Assembly (NCBI GenBank): GCA_963755715.1
Contig: CAVWLW010000006.1
Location: forward strand, 35,358-99,357
Source of the DNA: an uncultured delta proteobacterium
Lineage (GTDB): Bacteria > Desulfobacterota > Binatia > UBA9968
Reading direction: 5' to 3'
Length of the DNA: 64,000 nt
Below the pieces are notes generated by a model. The model did no database searches. It saw only the letters and a list, made by a program, of their open reading frames with translations, and was not told the origin of the DNA. A program made the position numbers and the translations under genes. Below are positions 37,217 to 48,692 of the stretch, piece by piece. Position 1 is the first letter of the stretch. Every line of letters begins with the position of its first letter.

Positions 37217-38627
37217 TCACGCGTACTTCATCAACGCCATGAAGCCGAAATCCATGTGAAGTTGCATGTGGCAATGAAAAAGCGTGAGTCCCGGGTCATC
37301 CGCAACAAAATCGATTTCCGCGCTTTGGCGGCGGGGAATGTTGACAGTGTCCTTGCGAATTCCCGATGTTGTTTTTCCAGCGATCCGCGTTACTTCAAAA
37401 GTGTGGCGGTGGAGATGAATCGGATGATCATCTCCACTTTTGTTTTCCATGACAAACCGGTAGCGTTGCCCCGCCTTTACCGTCAGCGGATCAGCGTCCG
37501 GCCAGGATTTGCCGTTGATCGTCCAACGATTGAAACCGCCGTGACCACCGGGGATTTTTTCAAATACAAGGTTGAAGCGGTAGTCCGGTTCAGGAGTTCG
37601 TCGTGTTCGTTCCAAAGACGGTGTAATCCCAACCGCTCGACTGCGGCTTCGACCACTGGGGCGCGCCGCGCTGTTCGGCGTATTCGACGACGACCCCCAT
37701 GCCCATTTCCCGCATGCTATCTTCAGTTGCGCCGAAGACCCACACACCCGGTTGTTTCATTTCGACGATGGCATCGATGCGTTCCGCGGGCGCGAGCACT
37801 AAGACCGGCACTGCGCGGGGATTTGGTACCGGGTTGCCGTCGAGTGCGATCACATTGAAATCATGTCCAGGCAACGCGAGGCGAATATCGTCCGTGGCGC
37901 TGGCATTGAGCACGTGAAACAAAACGCGCTCGCCGGTTTTTACTCGGATCGGCTCGCCGTGTCCAAGCGCTTTGTCATTGATCGAGGCGGCTTGATACAT
38001 AACCTCCATGCCGTTGTCCGGCGGCGGCCCTTTTCGTATGTCCTGCATGCTGACGAATTCCGGATTCCACTGATGCGCCGCGAGAAAAACTTCTTGGTCA
38101 TAATTGCCTGGATTGTTTTTGGGCTCGATGTAAAAAAAGCCAAACTGACCGGAATACAAGCTACGGCGCAGGTCTTTGCCGGCGAAGGCGTGGGTGTGAT
38201 ACCAGCGGGTTCCGCTCGGCTGCGCCGTGAAAGAATACTGGCGCGAACTTCCCGCTGGCACCATCGGCGTCCCTTCTTCCATCGCGCCGTCCACTTCCGA
38301 AGGCACGTAGAGCCCGTGCCAATGCACCAGCTCGGGAACGTCGCTGTCGTTACGAACAGTGACGGTGACTTGCTGGCCTTCTTTGACGCGCAACAAGGGT
38401 CCGGGGGCACTGCCGTTGTAGCCGATAGTCTGGATTGTTTGCCTTGGTGAAAGTTCGAGTTTAATCGGAGCGATTCGCAATGAAAGATGCGCTGCGTCGC
38501 CAAACTGAGTGGCGGCTGAAGCGGAAGATTTAGCGGTGCGGTCGACTACAGAGGCACAGCCCGAGAGAATCGAGGCGCCGGATAATGCCGACGTACTCGC
38601 TAGCTGGAGAAATTTTCTGCGGTTCAT
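37217..38627 (-). CDS. Tat-exported multicopper oxidase (frameshift near 37605)
   Basis: MNRRKFL Tat signal with lipobox LSGC; copper motifs HWHG, WYHTH, HPIHLHRH, HCHMQLHMDFGFM. Confidence 0.9.
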
Positions 38628-38983
38628 GATTTATCTCTCAATCTGCCTGCGTCGCGAACACTCGCCGGCCCGTTGGTGGGCTTGAGGACAAAAAAGCGCC
38701 GAGTGATTACTTCGGATTTAATCGTGCGCGTATCTCTCCACCCTTATGCGTAAACTGTAAAAAGCTGCCATCAAATGTCAACACCGCGTTTTTGTTCGTC
38801 CCCTGGAGTTCCAATATGAGCTCCTATCAATTATTGTCGACACGCCATGAGTAAGCATGCCTCGGCGATTCGTCAGAACCGCGACCAGCGAAGCAGAGCG
38901 GGTAGTACACGAGAGGCGGCACACGAGACTCCGCCGTCGGCAGAGTCACAGCCAACCTCGCAAGTATACGAGCTGGGAGTTTT

Positions 38984-40288
38984 ATGAGAGACAACCAGCC
39001 GGGATCGGCACGTAATGTGCTGGAGGATGATCGGGCGGGACAGACTCCGGTCGCCGCGCTCCGTCACCGCGACTTCGCCATTTACTGGAGCGGGTCAGTC
39101 GTGTCCCTGGTGGGAAGCCAGTTCACCACGGTGGCGATGGCCTGGCAGATCTACGAACTGACCAACTCGCCGCTAGAACTCGGCCTCCTGGGGTTGGCCC
39201 GTGGCGCTCCAATGCTGGCGTTGCTCCTCTTTGGAGGACTTCTGGCCGACGCAGTGAACCGGCGTCATCTCATGATGGCGACGCAGGTTGCTCAAATGTG
39301 TGTCTCAGCCACTCTCGCCGTGATGACACTTGTGGGATGGGTCTCTCCACCGGTCCTATATGCCGCCAGCCTGTTTCTCGCGCTATTCAGCGCGCTCGAG
39401 CAGCCGGCGCGGACCGCAATCATCCCGAACCTCGTCCCTCGCAGCGATCTGACCAATGCGCTCGCCCTGAGTGGCACGCAACGCCACGTGGCGACCATCG
39501 TCGGTCCCTCACTGGCGGGCCTTCTGCTCGCTCATAGCGGACCCACGCTATGCTACGCGGTCGACGCGGTATCATGGCTCGCGATGCTCGCCGCGCTTGC
39601 CATCATGCGGCCCCTCGCCCAGGTCGCTCGCGGGCGTGGTGCTGTCTCCATGCAGGCTCTGCGCGAAGGAGTGGGGTTCGTGTGGACGCACCCGGTGATA
39701 TTGTCAATGATGGCGTTGGATTTTAGCCAGAACTTCTTCGGGAGCGGTCGAGCCCTACTTCCGATCTATGCGCGGGACATCCTCGGCGTCGGACCCCAGG
39801 GCCTCGGGCTTCTTTACTCAGCCACTTCGGCGGGAGCTCTCGTCATGGGAACAGTGATGAGCTTACGGACGCAGGTACGGCGGCCAGGAGCGTGGGTTCT
39901 CGTGAGCGTGGGTATGTATGGGGTCTTCACGACGCTCTTCGGCGTCTCGCACCTCTTCTGGTTTTCGTTCCTGATGCTCGCCGCCGCGGGGGCGGCCAAC
40001 ACAGTAAGCTTCGTTCTACGCAACACGATCAATCAGCTGGTAACACCCGATGAGATCAGGGGCCGGGTCACGAGCGTGAACAGCATGTTTACGAACACGG
40101 GTCCACAGCTCGGCCAATTCGAAGCGGGCGCCCTGGCCTCGGCGATCGGCCCTGTCGGCACGACTGCCGTAGGAGGGCTGCTCGTCACGTCGATCGCCGC
40201 TGGACTTGCGGCCGTTGCGTCTGTCCGGAGATTCGAGGTTCGCGAGAGCGTGCCTGCAGAAACGGGCGAAGCGCCGGCGCGTGTCTGA
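38984..40288 (+). CDS. MFS transporter (EntS/DHA3-like)
   Basis: ALRHRDF, WQIYELTNS, GGLLADAVNRR, RGRVTS. Confidence 0.88.
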   Translation: MRDNQPGSARNVLEDDRAGQTPVAALRHRDFAIYWSGSVVSLVGSQFTTVAMAWQIYELTNSPLELGLLGLARGAPMLALLLFGGLLADAVNRRHLMMATQVAQMCVSATLAVMTLVGWVSPPVLYAASLFLALFSALEQPARTAIIPNLVPRSDLTNALALSGTQRHVATIVGPSLAGLLLAHSGPTLCYAVDAVSWLAMLAALAIMRPLAQVARGRGAVSMQALREGVGFVWTHPVILSMMALDFSQNFFGSGRALLPIYARDILGVGPQGLGLLYSATSAGALVMGTVMSLRTQVRRPGAWVLVSVGMYGVFTTLFGVSHLFWFSFLMLAAAGAANTVSFVLRNTINQLVTPDEIRGRVTSVNSMFTNTGPQLGQFEAGALASAIGPVGTTAVGGLLVTSIAAGLAAVASVRRFEVRESVPAETGEAPARV

Positions 40289-40351
40289 GCCGGCAGGCTC
40301 AGGTTTCTCACGAAATCATTGAATAAGAATCCAGTAGAATTCTCATCGGAT

Positions 40352-41584
40352 TTAAATATAGGCAATGATTTCGCCTCCGACGGCGGTCAGCACAACGACC
40401 AGCCAGGGCGGCAACTTCCAGAAGGCCAACAATCCGAAAGCGAGAATGGCAAGCCCGAAATCTAGTGGCTTGAAAATCGCGCTCGTCCACACAGGATTGT
40501 AAAAGGCCGCAAGGAGAAGACCTACGACAGCCGCGTTGATGCCACGGATCGCGGATTGGAAACTCGCGCGTGAGCGAAGTAAATCCCAAAATGGCAGCGA
40601 ACCAGCCGTCATCAGAAGGCCTGGGAGGAAGATTGCAACGAGCGCGAGAGCCGCACCGGCCAGGCCGTTAGGCTCCGGCTGCATAACAAATCCGAGATAA
40701 GCGGCAAAGGTAAAAAGAGGTCCGGGAACCGCTTGGGCTGCGCCGTAGCCAGCGACGAACTGCTCGTTTGATACCCAACCCGGCGCCACAACTCCGGCCT
40801 GCAACAGGGGCAGGACAACGTGGCCCCCGCCGAAAACCAGAGCCCCAGCACGATAGAAACTGTCGAAAACGGCTAGTGATTGACTGGAAGCCACTTGACG
40901 GATCACGGGGAGCCCAAGCAAAAGTCCAAAGAAGAGCACCCATGAAATCGTCCCTACCAAGCGGCTAATCGGGACGCGAATATGAAGGGCAGGAGGCGTG
41001 TTTGCCGGAGGGAAAAAGTACCACCCGATAAATCCCGCAACAATTATGGGCAGAACCTGCCCGAGCGCAGTGGGCGACGCTAAAGCGACGATGGCCGTGA
41101 GAATGGCGAGCGTGGCCCGTTCGCGATCGGGACAAAGTGTGCGCGCCATTCCCCAGACCGCCAGAGCAACGACCGGCACGGCAACGAGCTTCAACCCGTG
41201 CAACCATCCGGCGCCGCTTGCCGCACCAACGTCTCCGAGGCCGTACGCAAACGCGATCAAGGCGAGTGCCGATGGTAGCGTGAAGCCAAACCAGTGCGCG
41301 AGTCCACCGGCCAAGCCGGCGCGGGTGAATCCTATTGCAGTACCCACCATGCTGCTGGTCGGCCCAGGAAGAGACTGGCATAGGGCCACGAGATCAGCGT
41401 AGCTCTGCTCATCTATCCACTTTCTGCGCTTTACGTATTCCTCGTGAAAGTAGCCAAGGTGAGCGATGGGGCCGCCAAAAGAGGTCAAGCCCAATCGTGT
41501 GGCGACCCAAAGAATCTCCAGGAGTGAAACCTGGCTCTGAGTAGGCACGACCTGATCCGCGGCAATCTCGACGTGCTCATTCAT
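40352..41584 (-). CDS. chrA: Chromate efflux transporter (long-chain CHR), copy 1
   Basis: SFGGPIAHLG, LPGP, FGGGHVVLP, QAVPGP motifs. Confidence 0.92.
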   Translation of the reverse strand: MNEHVEIAADQVVPTQSQVSLLEILWVATRLGLTSFGGPIAHLGYFHEEYVKRRKWIDEQSYADLVALCQSLPGPTSSMVGTAIGFTRAGLAGGLAHWFGFTLPSALALIAFAYGLGDVGAASGAGWLHGLKLVAVPVVALAVWGMARTLCPDRERATLAILTAIVALASPTALGQVLPIIVAGFIGWYFFPPANTPPALHIRVPISRLVGTISWVLFFGLLLGLPVIRQVASSQSLAVFDSFYRAGALVFGGGHVVLPLLQAGVVAPGWVSNEQFVAGYGAAQAVPGPLFTFAAYLGFVMQPEPNGLAGAALALVAIFLPGLLMTAGSLPFWDLLRSRASFQSAIRGINAAVVGLLLAAFYNPVWTSAIFKPLDFGLAILAFGLLAFWKLPPWLVVVLTAVGGEIIAYI

Positions 41585-41956
41585 AGTGCTCGGCCACCTC
41601 TTCGAGTGAACCCTCGGCGATTTCCAATGCTTTCAACGCTGTTTCTAGATCCTCGCTAGGATGAGTTTTAAGAAATTTGCCGCCCTTGGACGCGCAACAC
41701 TTTGACGATCTTATGCCATTGCTTAGCCTGCCGGTGTGCTTTTGGATTTCGGCTTGTGTCGAATCTCTCCGCCCAAGCCTGTGTGTTCGAGAGTTTCCTC
41801 CACAGTGTGCTCAGCAATTTCCAGCGCGAGTACACCATGGGCGAGGTCTTCGTAACCGGTTTTTTTATGGAGAGCCTGTAGCTGTCTTTGAAGTCGTTCG
41901 AATTCCTTTTTTAGCGCTATCAGTTGATTCTTTTGAGCTTTCCCTAGTTGAGCCAT
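41577..41956 (-). CDS. Hypothetical ~125-aa helical protein with internal duplication (two homopolymer frameshifts)
   Basis: Removing one A (~41747) and one G (~41684) gives an ORF ending HYE-TGA that overlaps the chrA ATG. Repeats EDL.....ALEIAE...EE..EH. Confidence 0.65.
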
Positions 41957-42008
41957 TTGTCGGGTTTCCTTTCCTGCTTTGTTTTGGATTTATTTTTGGT
42001 CTTGCCGG

Positions 42009-42690
42009 TTATTTGATCAAATCGATTTTGGTCAACGTCACCTGTTGCCCGACGCCGGGAGCATTTGCCAAATGATAAGCGGTATACTGCTCAAAATAAG
42101 TGTTTTCCGCCGACATACCGTCTATACGGGATGATGACTTGCAGTCCCCGGAACGCGGCCTGACTGGCAGTGTTGAGCACGGCGCCCTGAGCAGCGGTGC
42201 CCACGATCACGACCATCTTGATGCCTTTGTCGTTTAGGATTTTTTCCAAGTCAGTCTTAAAAAACTTATCCGCCGGCGCTTTAACTATAGGTTCCCCCTC
42301 AGCTGGAGTTAATTCTTTCGCGATATCAGCCGGAGTCGCTGCCGTAGTGATGCTATGGACGACCACCACCCCTTTGTCTCTGGCGAGTTTCAACAGAGCT
42401 TGAACCTTAGGGACCGACGTCAGGCAGCGCGGCCGCCTCTCGGCATTACAGGTCTGTTTAACAAAATCGAGAACCAGCAGTGCGGTTGTCTTAGGATCGA
42501 GCGTTACAGGTTTCAACTCCGGAGGCTTGGGCGCCTGCACTGTAGCCCACTCGTCCACAATGGTTTGAGCGGATGCCGGGGCAGCGCCTTGGCAGAGGAA
42601 AAACCCCGCCGTGATCGCAAGCGCGGCAAACGTTCTGCTGCGAACCGAATATCGTTTCTGAAAAGATATTTTTCCCATGGTCTCCTCCAA
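42009..42690 (-). CDS. Exported isochorismatase-fold protein lacking the catalytic Cys (frameshift near 42125)
   Basis: TTALLVLDF, K..ADKFFKTDL, GTAAQGAVLNTA. The C-terminus IDGMSA...TLTKIDLIK is in another frame. Confidence 0.8.
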
Positions 42691-42700
42691 ATATTAGAAT

Positions 42701-43255
42701 TTACCACTGCTGGTTGGTGACGGGCGGCGCACTGGGCCGGACGATATGAATGAACTTGTAACCGGCCTCGGTGTGACAGCCGTTGCATGCGCTCAGAGTC
42801 TCATCATAGGATTTTTGAAAATCGGTTTGTTTTTTACTTTTTATGGATTTATCTAACTCGGCAACTTGAGTCTGAAGAACGGAGTCGAGAACGTTTGAGA
42901 TTTTGATTCCGTTCTTCTCGGCGTTTAAGCCTTTAGCTGCTTCCATGGTTTCCTTCAGTTCATCAAGCTCGTATTGCGCCAGCTGCCAATTGTTTGCTTT
43001 GGCAGCGAACCAGAGTTTGCCAGCGTGGAGTTGGATCGTCGTCATGTATTCGCCCAACCCCGGTGCTAGTTCCTTAATGCTCGCGAGGTCGGATTGCGTG
43101 CGTTTGAGGGAATCCTGAAGTGCGACCAGGCCGCCGGTATTTGGCTGGTTTAAGCTTTGGACTTGGCTATCCAAACGCAGGACCCGCAAAAAAAGCGCTA
43201 AGATTAAAACCATACTTAGTATCAGCGCGCCCCATAAATAGGCTGCGTGTTTCAT
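42701..43255 (-). CDS. Membrane-anchored helical c-type cytochrome-like protein
   Basis: N-terminal TM; C-terminal CNGCH heme motif, as in four-helix cytochrome c'. Confidence 0.7.
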   Translation of the reverse strand: MKHAAYLWGALILSMVLILALFLRVLRLDSQVQSLNQPNTGGLVALQDSLKRTQSDLASIKELAPGLGEYMTTIQLHAGKLWFAAKANNWQLAQYELDELKETMEAAKGLNAEKNGIKISNVLDSVLQTQVAELDKSIKSKKQTDFQKSYDETLSACNGCHTEAGYKFIHIVRPSAPPVTNQQW

Positions 43256-43296
43256 CGGATCCTCCGCTTACTTTGGCACCTTATTTCGGATGTCAG

Positions 43297-43635
43297 TCAT
43301 TTGTCTTCTAGCAGCTCGCCGAAAAGTTCGCTGACCTTTTGTCGCGCAGCAACGAGCGCTTTGCGCCCTAGAGGCGTCGCTTGATAGAGCCGACGCAAGC
43401 TCTTGCCCTCGCGTTCCTTGATGGAACGCAAGTAACCCTTTTCCTCGAGTCCGTGAAGCAAAGGATAAAGCGTGCCCGGACTGAGCTTGTATCCATGACG
43501 AGCCAATTCTTCGATAAACCATAATCCAAAGACAGGCTTTTTCGCGGCATGATGAAGGATATGCAGCCGGATCAAACCACCGTATAAATCCTGGTCCCGT
43601 CTCTCCCCTGCCGATCTTTTTTCAATATTTTGCAT
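43297..43635 (-). CDS. PadR family transcriptional regulator
   Basis: LHILHHA, GTLYPLLHGLE..GYL, R..Y..T..G. Confidence 0.9.
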   Translation of the reverse strand: MQNIEKRSAGERRDQDLYGGLIRLHILHHAAKKPVFGLWFIEELARHGYKLSPGTLYPLLHGLEEKGYLRSIKEREGKSLRRLYQATPLGRKALVAARQKVSELFGELLEDK

Positions 43636-43656
43636 TTCGATATCGAAATTCGATAT
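43635..43656. promoter_or_regulatory. Overlapping palindromes, candidate PadR operator
   Basis: TTTCGATATCGAAA (43635-43648) and ATATCGAA-A-TTCGATAT (43640-43656) at the padR start. Confidence 0.55.
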
Positions 43657-43820
43657 AGACCTTAGTGGATGTCGAGTCAATCAGCGGTAATCGACAGGTT
43701 TTGGCTTGTTGGCTCAAATATGGGACGATACCCCCGGCAGGTTGAATTGAGTGTGCGTCAAGCTGGATCGTCTTCCAATAACCATCTCTCCGGCTCTGGT
43801 ACGGGAGAGGAGCATAAGCG

Positions 43821-45180
43821 ATGTCAGGAATCGGCGGCGAAATAATTATCATTTTCTTTTTGATCTTAGCGAGCGGCATCTTCGCGATGGCCGAGATGGC
43901 CGTTATCACGGCGCGCAAATCCCGACTTGAGGAGTGGGTCAAAAAAGGCAGGCGCGGGGCGGGCATCGTCTTAGCGCTTGCTCAGACGCCGAACCGATTT
44001 CTTTCGACGGTCCAAATCGGGATCACTTTCGTCGCCATCCTGGTGGGGGTATTTGCCGGGAGAAACACCGCGGATTGGATGGCGACACTGATCCAGCGGG
44101 TGCCGGTGGTTGGACACTATCACAACGAAATCGCTCTCGGACTCGTGGTCCTCATGATCACTTATCTGGCGCTTGTCATTGGCGAGCTTGTGCCCAAGCG
44201 CCTGGCGCTGCGCTATCCGGAAAAGATCGCGGCGGCGCTTGCCATCCCACTGCGACTCTTCACCCAAGTGTGCGCGCCGATGGTCGGCTTGCTGAATCTA
44301 TCCACCGACGCGGTTTGCCGGCTTTTTGGCAGCCAGCAGCCGAACGAGCCGGCGGTTACGGAAGAGGAAATCAAAATGCTCGTGCGTCAAGCCACCGAGG
44401 CAGGCGTCTTCGAGGAGTCGGAGCAAGATATGTTCGAGGCGGTGTTGCGCTTCGGCGATAAGAGCGCGCGGTCACTGATGACGCCGCGAACTCGGATCAC
44501 TTGGCTCGATCTCGAATTCACGCACGAACAGATTCGCGAGAAAATTATTTCCAGCGGCCATTCCTGTTTTCCAGTTGGCAGCGGCGGTCTCGATATGGTT
44601 GCCGGCGTGGTCCACGCTAAAGATTTGCTGGCGCATAGCCTCGCGGGCAATGCCCTCGATCTGCGCGCGCTGTTCCACCAGCCCTTATTTGTGCCGCGCA
44701 CGGTGACGGCGCTGGAAGTCTTGGAGTCGTTCAAAAAATCTGGCCAACATATCGCGCTCGTGGTCGACGAATACGGCGGCATCGAAGGACTGTTGACCCA
44801 GCATGATATTCTGAAGGCGATCGCAGGCGACATTCCTTTCGAAGGTCGACAGAACAATCCCAAGGCGGCGCAGCGTCAAGACGGCTCGTGGTTGCTCGAC
44901 GGCATGTTGAGCGTGGATGAATTTAAGGAGATTTTTAACTTTAGAAAATCTGCCGGGCGAAAAGCGCGACGCCTATCAAACCCTGGGCGGGTTTGTTTTC
45001 AGGCAAATGGGCCGGATACCGGCGGTCGCCGATGCATTCGACTGGAACGGATTGCGCCTCGAAGTGGTGGACATGGACGGCAAACGGATCGATAAGCTCC
45101 TCGTGACAAGGCTGCACGATGTGAATAGGAGCGCGCCGGCGCCGAAGACCGGCTCGCGAAACCAACCGACGGTGGAATAA
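43821..45180 (+). CDS. Hemolysin/CorB-CorC family protein (CNNM-CBS-CorC), frameshift near 44940
   Basis: FAMAEMA, LSTVQIGIT, GELVPK, MTPR, VVDEYGG; the CorC tail YQTLGG...VVDMDGKRIDK is in the next frame. Confidence 0.9.
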
Positions 45181-45294
45181 GCCGACATTCTATAGATGCC
45201 ACTCCGCGACGAAACCTGTGCTTCTTTGCCTACCTCCAACATACTAACGCGGCGCGGTAGCTGCGTGCGTTCGCGCCGTAGAGGCCTCTAAGAT

Positions 45295-46270
45295 TCAGTC
45301 CTGCTTGCGCTTAAAATATTCATAAAGATCGTCGAACATCGCCGAGGCGCGCGCCAGCCGGCCGTCATCGTCTTTATGTCCCATCGCGATGCCGGCGATC
45401 AATCGGTCGATGCCGATGGTTTCTTCACGCGCGAATTTTGTATCTTTAAGATCGATGTCATGAATGATCTCTGCGATTGATTTGAGCGCCGGATCTTTTA
45501 GGGTGAACCTTTCGAGCAAGACTTCGAAGGTGCAGCGATCGCCTTCGTGAGTGAACTCGGCTTCGTACATGTCGAAGCGAAGCTCTGCGGGCTCCGGTTG
45601 GTATCCTTTGGCTGGAACGAATTTAAAGCGGGCGCCCGGGATCGATGAAACGGCGGATCAACCACGCGCTACCCATTCGATCGACGTGAATACCTTTGCG
45701 TGTGACCCACATGCGGCCACGGAACTCTTCGGCTTGCAATTTCATCTGCATTGCTTTTTCCGACAAACTAGGCTGGCGCAGTCGCGCGTCGAGGGCAAAA
45801 ATCTGCCGTTCCACGGCCTCACGGCCGGGAGCGCCGAAGAAATCGATGGCCGTAATCTCGGCGACGCGTTTATGCAGCTTCTCCAATTCTACCGCGAGCG
45901 GTTTTGTGTTCGCGCCCGAGGCTTTTGATTTCTTGGATAAAGAGTTTCTAAGCCGCTCCGCTTCCCGGCTGATCTCACGATATTCCGGTTCCCGCGCCGA
46001 ACGAAACAGCTCCTCTACTTCACCGTCGGTGAGGCCGTCGACGAAGCGGGCCTCACAGAGCGAAGCATCTCCGCCCGACTCGATGACCTCGCGCAGAACC
46101 CATTGAAAATCTTCCTGAGCTTGCTCGCTTTTTGGCAGGACATAAACGGAATTTTTTACAGGAACTGAACCTAGTTTCTGTAGCCGTCGCCAGATTTTGA
46201 CCCGTAAATAGTCCGGCTTCGGCGGGATTTGGTGGATGAGCAGCAGCCAGCGACTTTCTAATTCCGGCAT
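45295..46270 (-). CDS. chrB: Chromate resistance protein ChrB (frameshift near 45635)
   Basis: WLLLIHQIPPKPDYLRVKIWRRL, WVTRKGIHVDR...WLIRRFID, FTHEGDRCTFE, HDIDLKD. Confidence 0.88.
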
Positions 46271-46492
46271 AAGTCCTTAGAGGCTATTGACTAAAAAGAT
46301 ACGGTTGTTATAGCTAAAGCTTCGGTTGCTAGTTATTGGATAACACATGCCCGCAAGATAGTCGAGCGTGAGCGGTTGCAAGATGAATGTAAAATCATAG
46401 CGCTACCAAAACCTCGAAAACACCTCTGCTCAACACAAATGAGAGTGTGATGGCTAACATTTTAACTCCGTTCGTAATCTACTCATAGCGAC

Positions 46493-47414
46493 ATGGCATT
46501 AGCACGAGTAGGTTTTATTCCGATCCCGCCTGGGAAGGAGCCAGGTTTCGACCACGCCGACGTCTACCGGTGCCAGTCGCCGGTAATGTCGCGCCTGTAT
46601 GTGGCTCATACGGGCGCCGATCGCATTGACATTATCGACTGTCACACAAATAGCCTATCTGGGTTCTCTGCCAGATGTGCCAGGCGTCGCCGGTGTTTTG
46701 ATCGATAGCGAGCAGGACTTCCTTTTCTCGTCCGATCGTGGCTGTGCGCGGGTGAGTATCTATCGCTGCTCTGACGAAACGCTGCTCGGCCGCGTTGCGG
46801 TCGGTGATCGTCCCAATGGGTTGGCGTACGATCCGGCGCGGCGGCGTCTTTTTGTGTTCAATATCGGTGATCCGCCGGGCGTGAACTGCACGGTTTCCGT
46901 GGTCGCGGTTGACGAGTTGCGGGTGATCGCGACCATCCCGCTTCCCGGTCGACCGCGCTGGGCTGTTTATGACGCCGTCACCGAGCACATCTACGCGAAC
47001 GTTCAGAAGCCAGCTCAAATCGTCGTGCTCAGTGCGAAGGACCTCAAGATCGCACGGGCTTTCAACGTCCCAACTGCTGGGCCACATGGCTTGGCGATTT
47101 CTGGCGATCGTCTTTTCTGCGCGGCCGATGGCGGGGCACTGGTTGCGCTGGATCGCGACAGCGGAGCAGTGCTCGGCACCGTCACATTGCCGGGAGAGCC
47201 CGACGTCGTCATGCATGACCCGGCTGCGGCTCGCTTGTACGTGGCCATCGGAGCGCCGGGAGTCGTCAGCGTGATCGACGAGCAGCGCTTGGAGACGTTG
47301 GAGACAGTCGCGACTGAGTCCGGAGCCCATACCATTTGTTGGAATCCGGATACCCGCACGCTTTATGCATTTCTTCCTGGCAGCGGGGGCACCGCGGTAT
47401 TCGCTGAACATTAA
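46493..47414 (+). CDS. YncE/YVTN-type beta-propeller protein (frameshift near 46653)
   Basis: GFDHADV, RLYVAH, repeated P.G.AYD/VYD blades, GAHT. Confidence 0.8.
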
Positions 47415-47430
47415 AAAAAGAGGAGGGGAG

Positions 47431-48666
47431 ATGGCAATTTCGAAAGCAGAACCGACTGAGCGATTACATGATGATGAGAACTTGGCACAAAAGGGAATTA
47501 GCTTATGGCCGCTCGTTGGCTATTTCCTGAAGCTAGGCACCATAGGCTTCGGTGGGCCGGCTGCGCTGGTCGGTTTCATGCACAGAGACCTTGTAGAGCA
47601 ACGGCGTTGGATCACTGAGGATACTTACAAGCTGTCTCTAGCACTCGCGCAAATCATGCCAGGACCGCTTGCAGCACAAACTGCCATTGCCATTGGCTAT
47701 TTCGAAGGCGGTGTTCTCGGGGCAACTCTGGTCGGTCTCGGCTTTATTATTCCCTCATTTCTGATGGTGGTTGCGATCTCATTGGCTTACGTTTCTTATG
47801 GCGGTCTGTGGTGGATGCAAGCACTCTTCTATGCGATTGGTGCAACCGTCATCGCCATCATCGCCATTGCTGCGTACAAGCTGGCCCGCAGCACCAACAA
47901 GCGTAATCCGCTCCTCTGGGGCATCTTCGCCGTCCTAACGGTCGTAACCGTCTGGGCGCAAACGGAGTTGGCGGAGTTCTTCATTCTTGCCGGACTCATC
48001 GTCCTGGTTTTTCAGGCTTGGCCAGGTTGGAAACCCGGAATTCTGATGATACTTGGCTGTGCGACGCTCGGCGTCGCTGTTTGGCTGATGGAATCGTGGC
48101 TCGGGCAGGCGGGCACAGGTAGCAATAGTGGCCAGATATTGACCGAGATCCTATTGTTTTTTACCAAAGCCGGCGCGTTTGTGTTCGGCAGCGGCCTGGC
48201 AATCGTTCCGTTCTTGCACCAGGGAGTCGTGCAGCAGTTCGGCTGGCTGAACGAGCATCAGTTTTTGGACGCCGTCGCCGTCGCGATGATCACTCCTGGT
48301 CCAGTTGTCATAACCGTCGCTTTCATCGGGTTTCTCGTTGCCGGCTTCGCGGGAGCGGTTATGGCGTCAATTGGTATTTTCTTGCCGGTGTATATATTCA
48401 CGATCGTGCCGGCACCCTGGTTTAAACGTCATCGCGACAACCCTCAGCTTAAAGCCTTCGTTGACGGCGCTACCGCTGCTGCGACCGGCGCGATCACGGG
48501 CGCAGTGATTGTGTTGGGCGCGCGAGCAATCACAGATCTGCCGACAGCAGCAATCGCGCTTATCAGTTTAGGCGTTTTGTGGCGCTACAAAATTTCGGAA
48601 CCGATTATGGTCACCATCTCCGGACTGGTTGGATTGATACTCTGGCCCCTGGTCCGCGGAGGGTGA
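47431..48666 (+). CDS. chrA: Chromate efflux transporter (long-chain CHR), copy 2
   Basis: GFGGPAAL, MPGPLA, FGSGLAIVP, ITPGP; RBS GGAGG. Confidence 0.92.
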   Translation: MAISKAEPTERLHDDENLAQKGISLWPLVGYFLKLGTIGFGGPAALVGFMHRDLVEQRRWITEDTYKLSLALAQIMPGPLAAQTAIAIGYFEGGVLGATLVGLGFIIPSFLMVVAISLAYVSYGGLWWMQALFYAIGATVIAIIAIAAYKLARSTNKRNPLLWGIFAVLTVVTVWAQTELAEFFILAGLIVLVFQAWPGWKPGILMILGCATLGVAVWLMESWLGQAGTGSNSGQILTEILLFFTKAGAFVFGSGLAIVPFLHQGVVQQFGWLNEHQFLDAVAVAMITPGPVVITVAFIGFLVAGFAGAVMASIGIFLPVYIFTIVPAPWFKRHRDNPQLKAFVDGATAAATGAITGAVIVLGARAITDLPTAAIALISLGVLWRYKISEPIMVTISGLVGLILWPLVRGG

Positions 48667-48692
48667 TCGCAGATACAAAGGAGGCGAAAGAT

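Noticed and set aside
37590-37592. TGA ending the first multicopper oxidase ORF as a recoding site
   Set aside because: The C-terminal copper motifs are in another frame, so an indel explains it.
38685-38710. GTAAT-N16-GTCCT upstream of the multicopper oxidase as a fourth ECF promoter
   Set aside because: Both the -35 and the spacing deviate from the other three; too weak to call.
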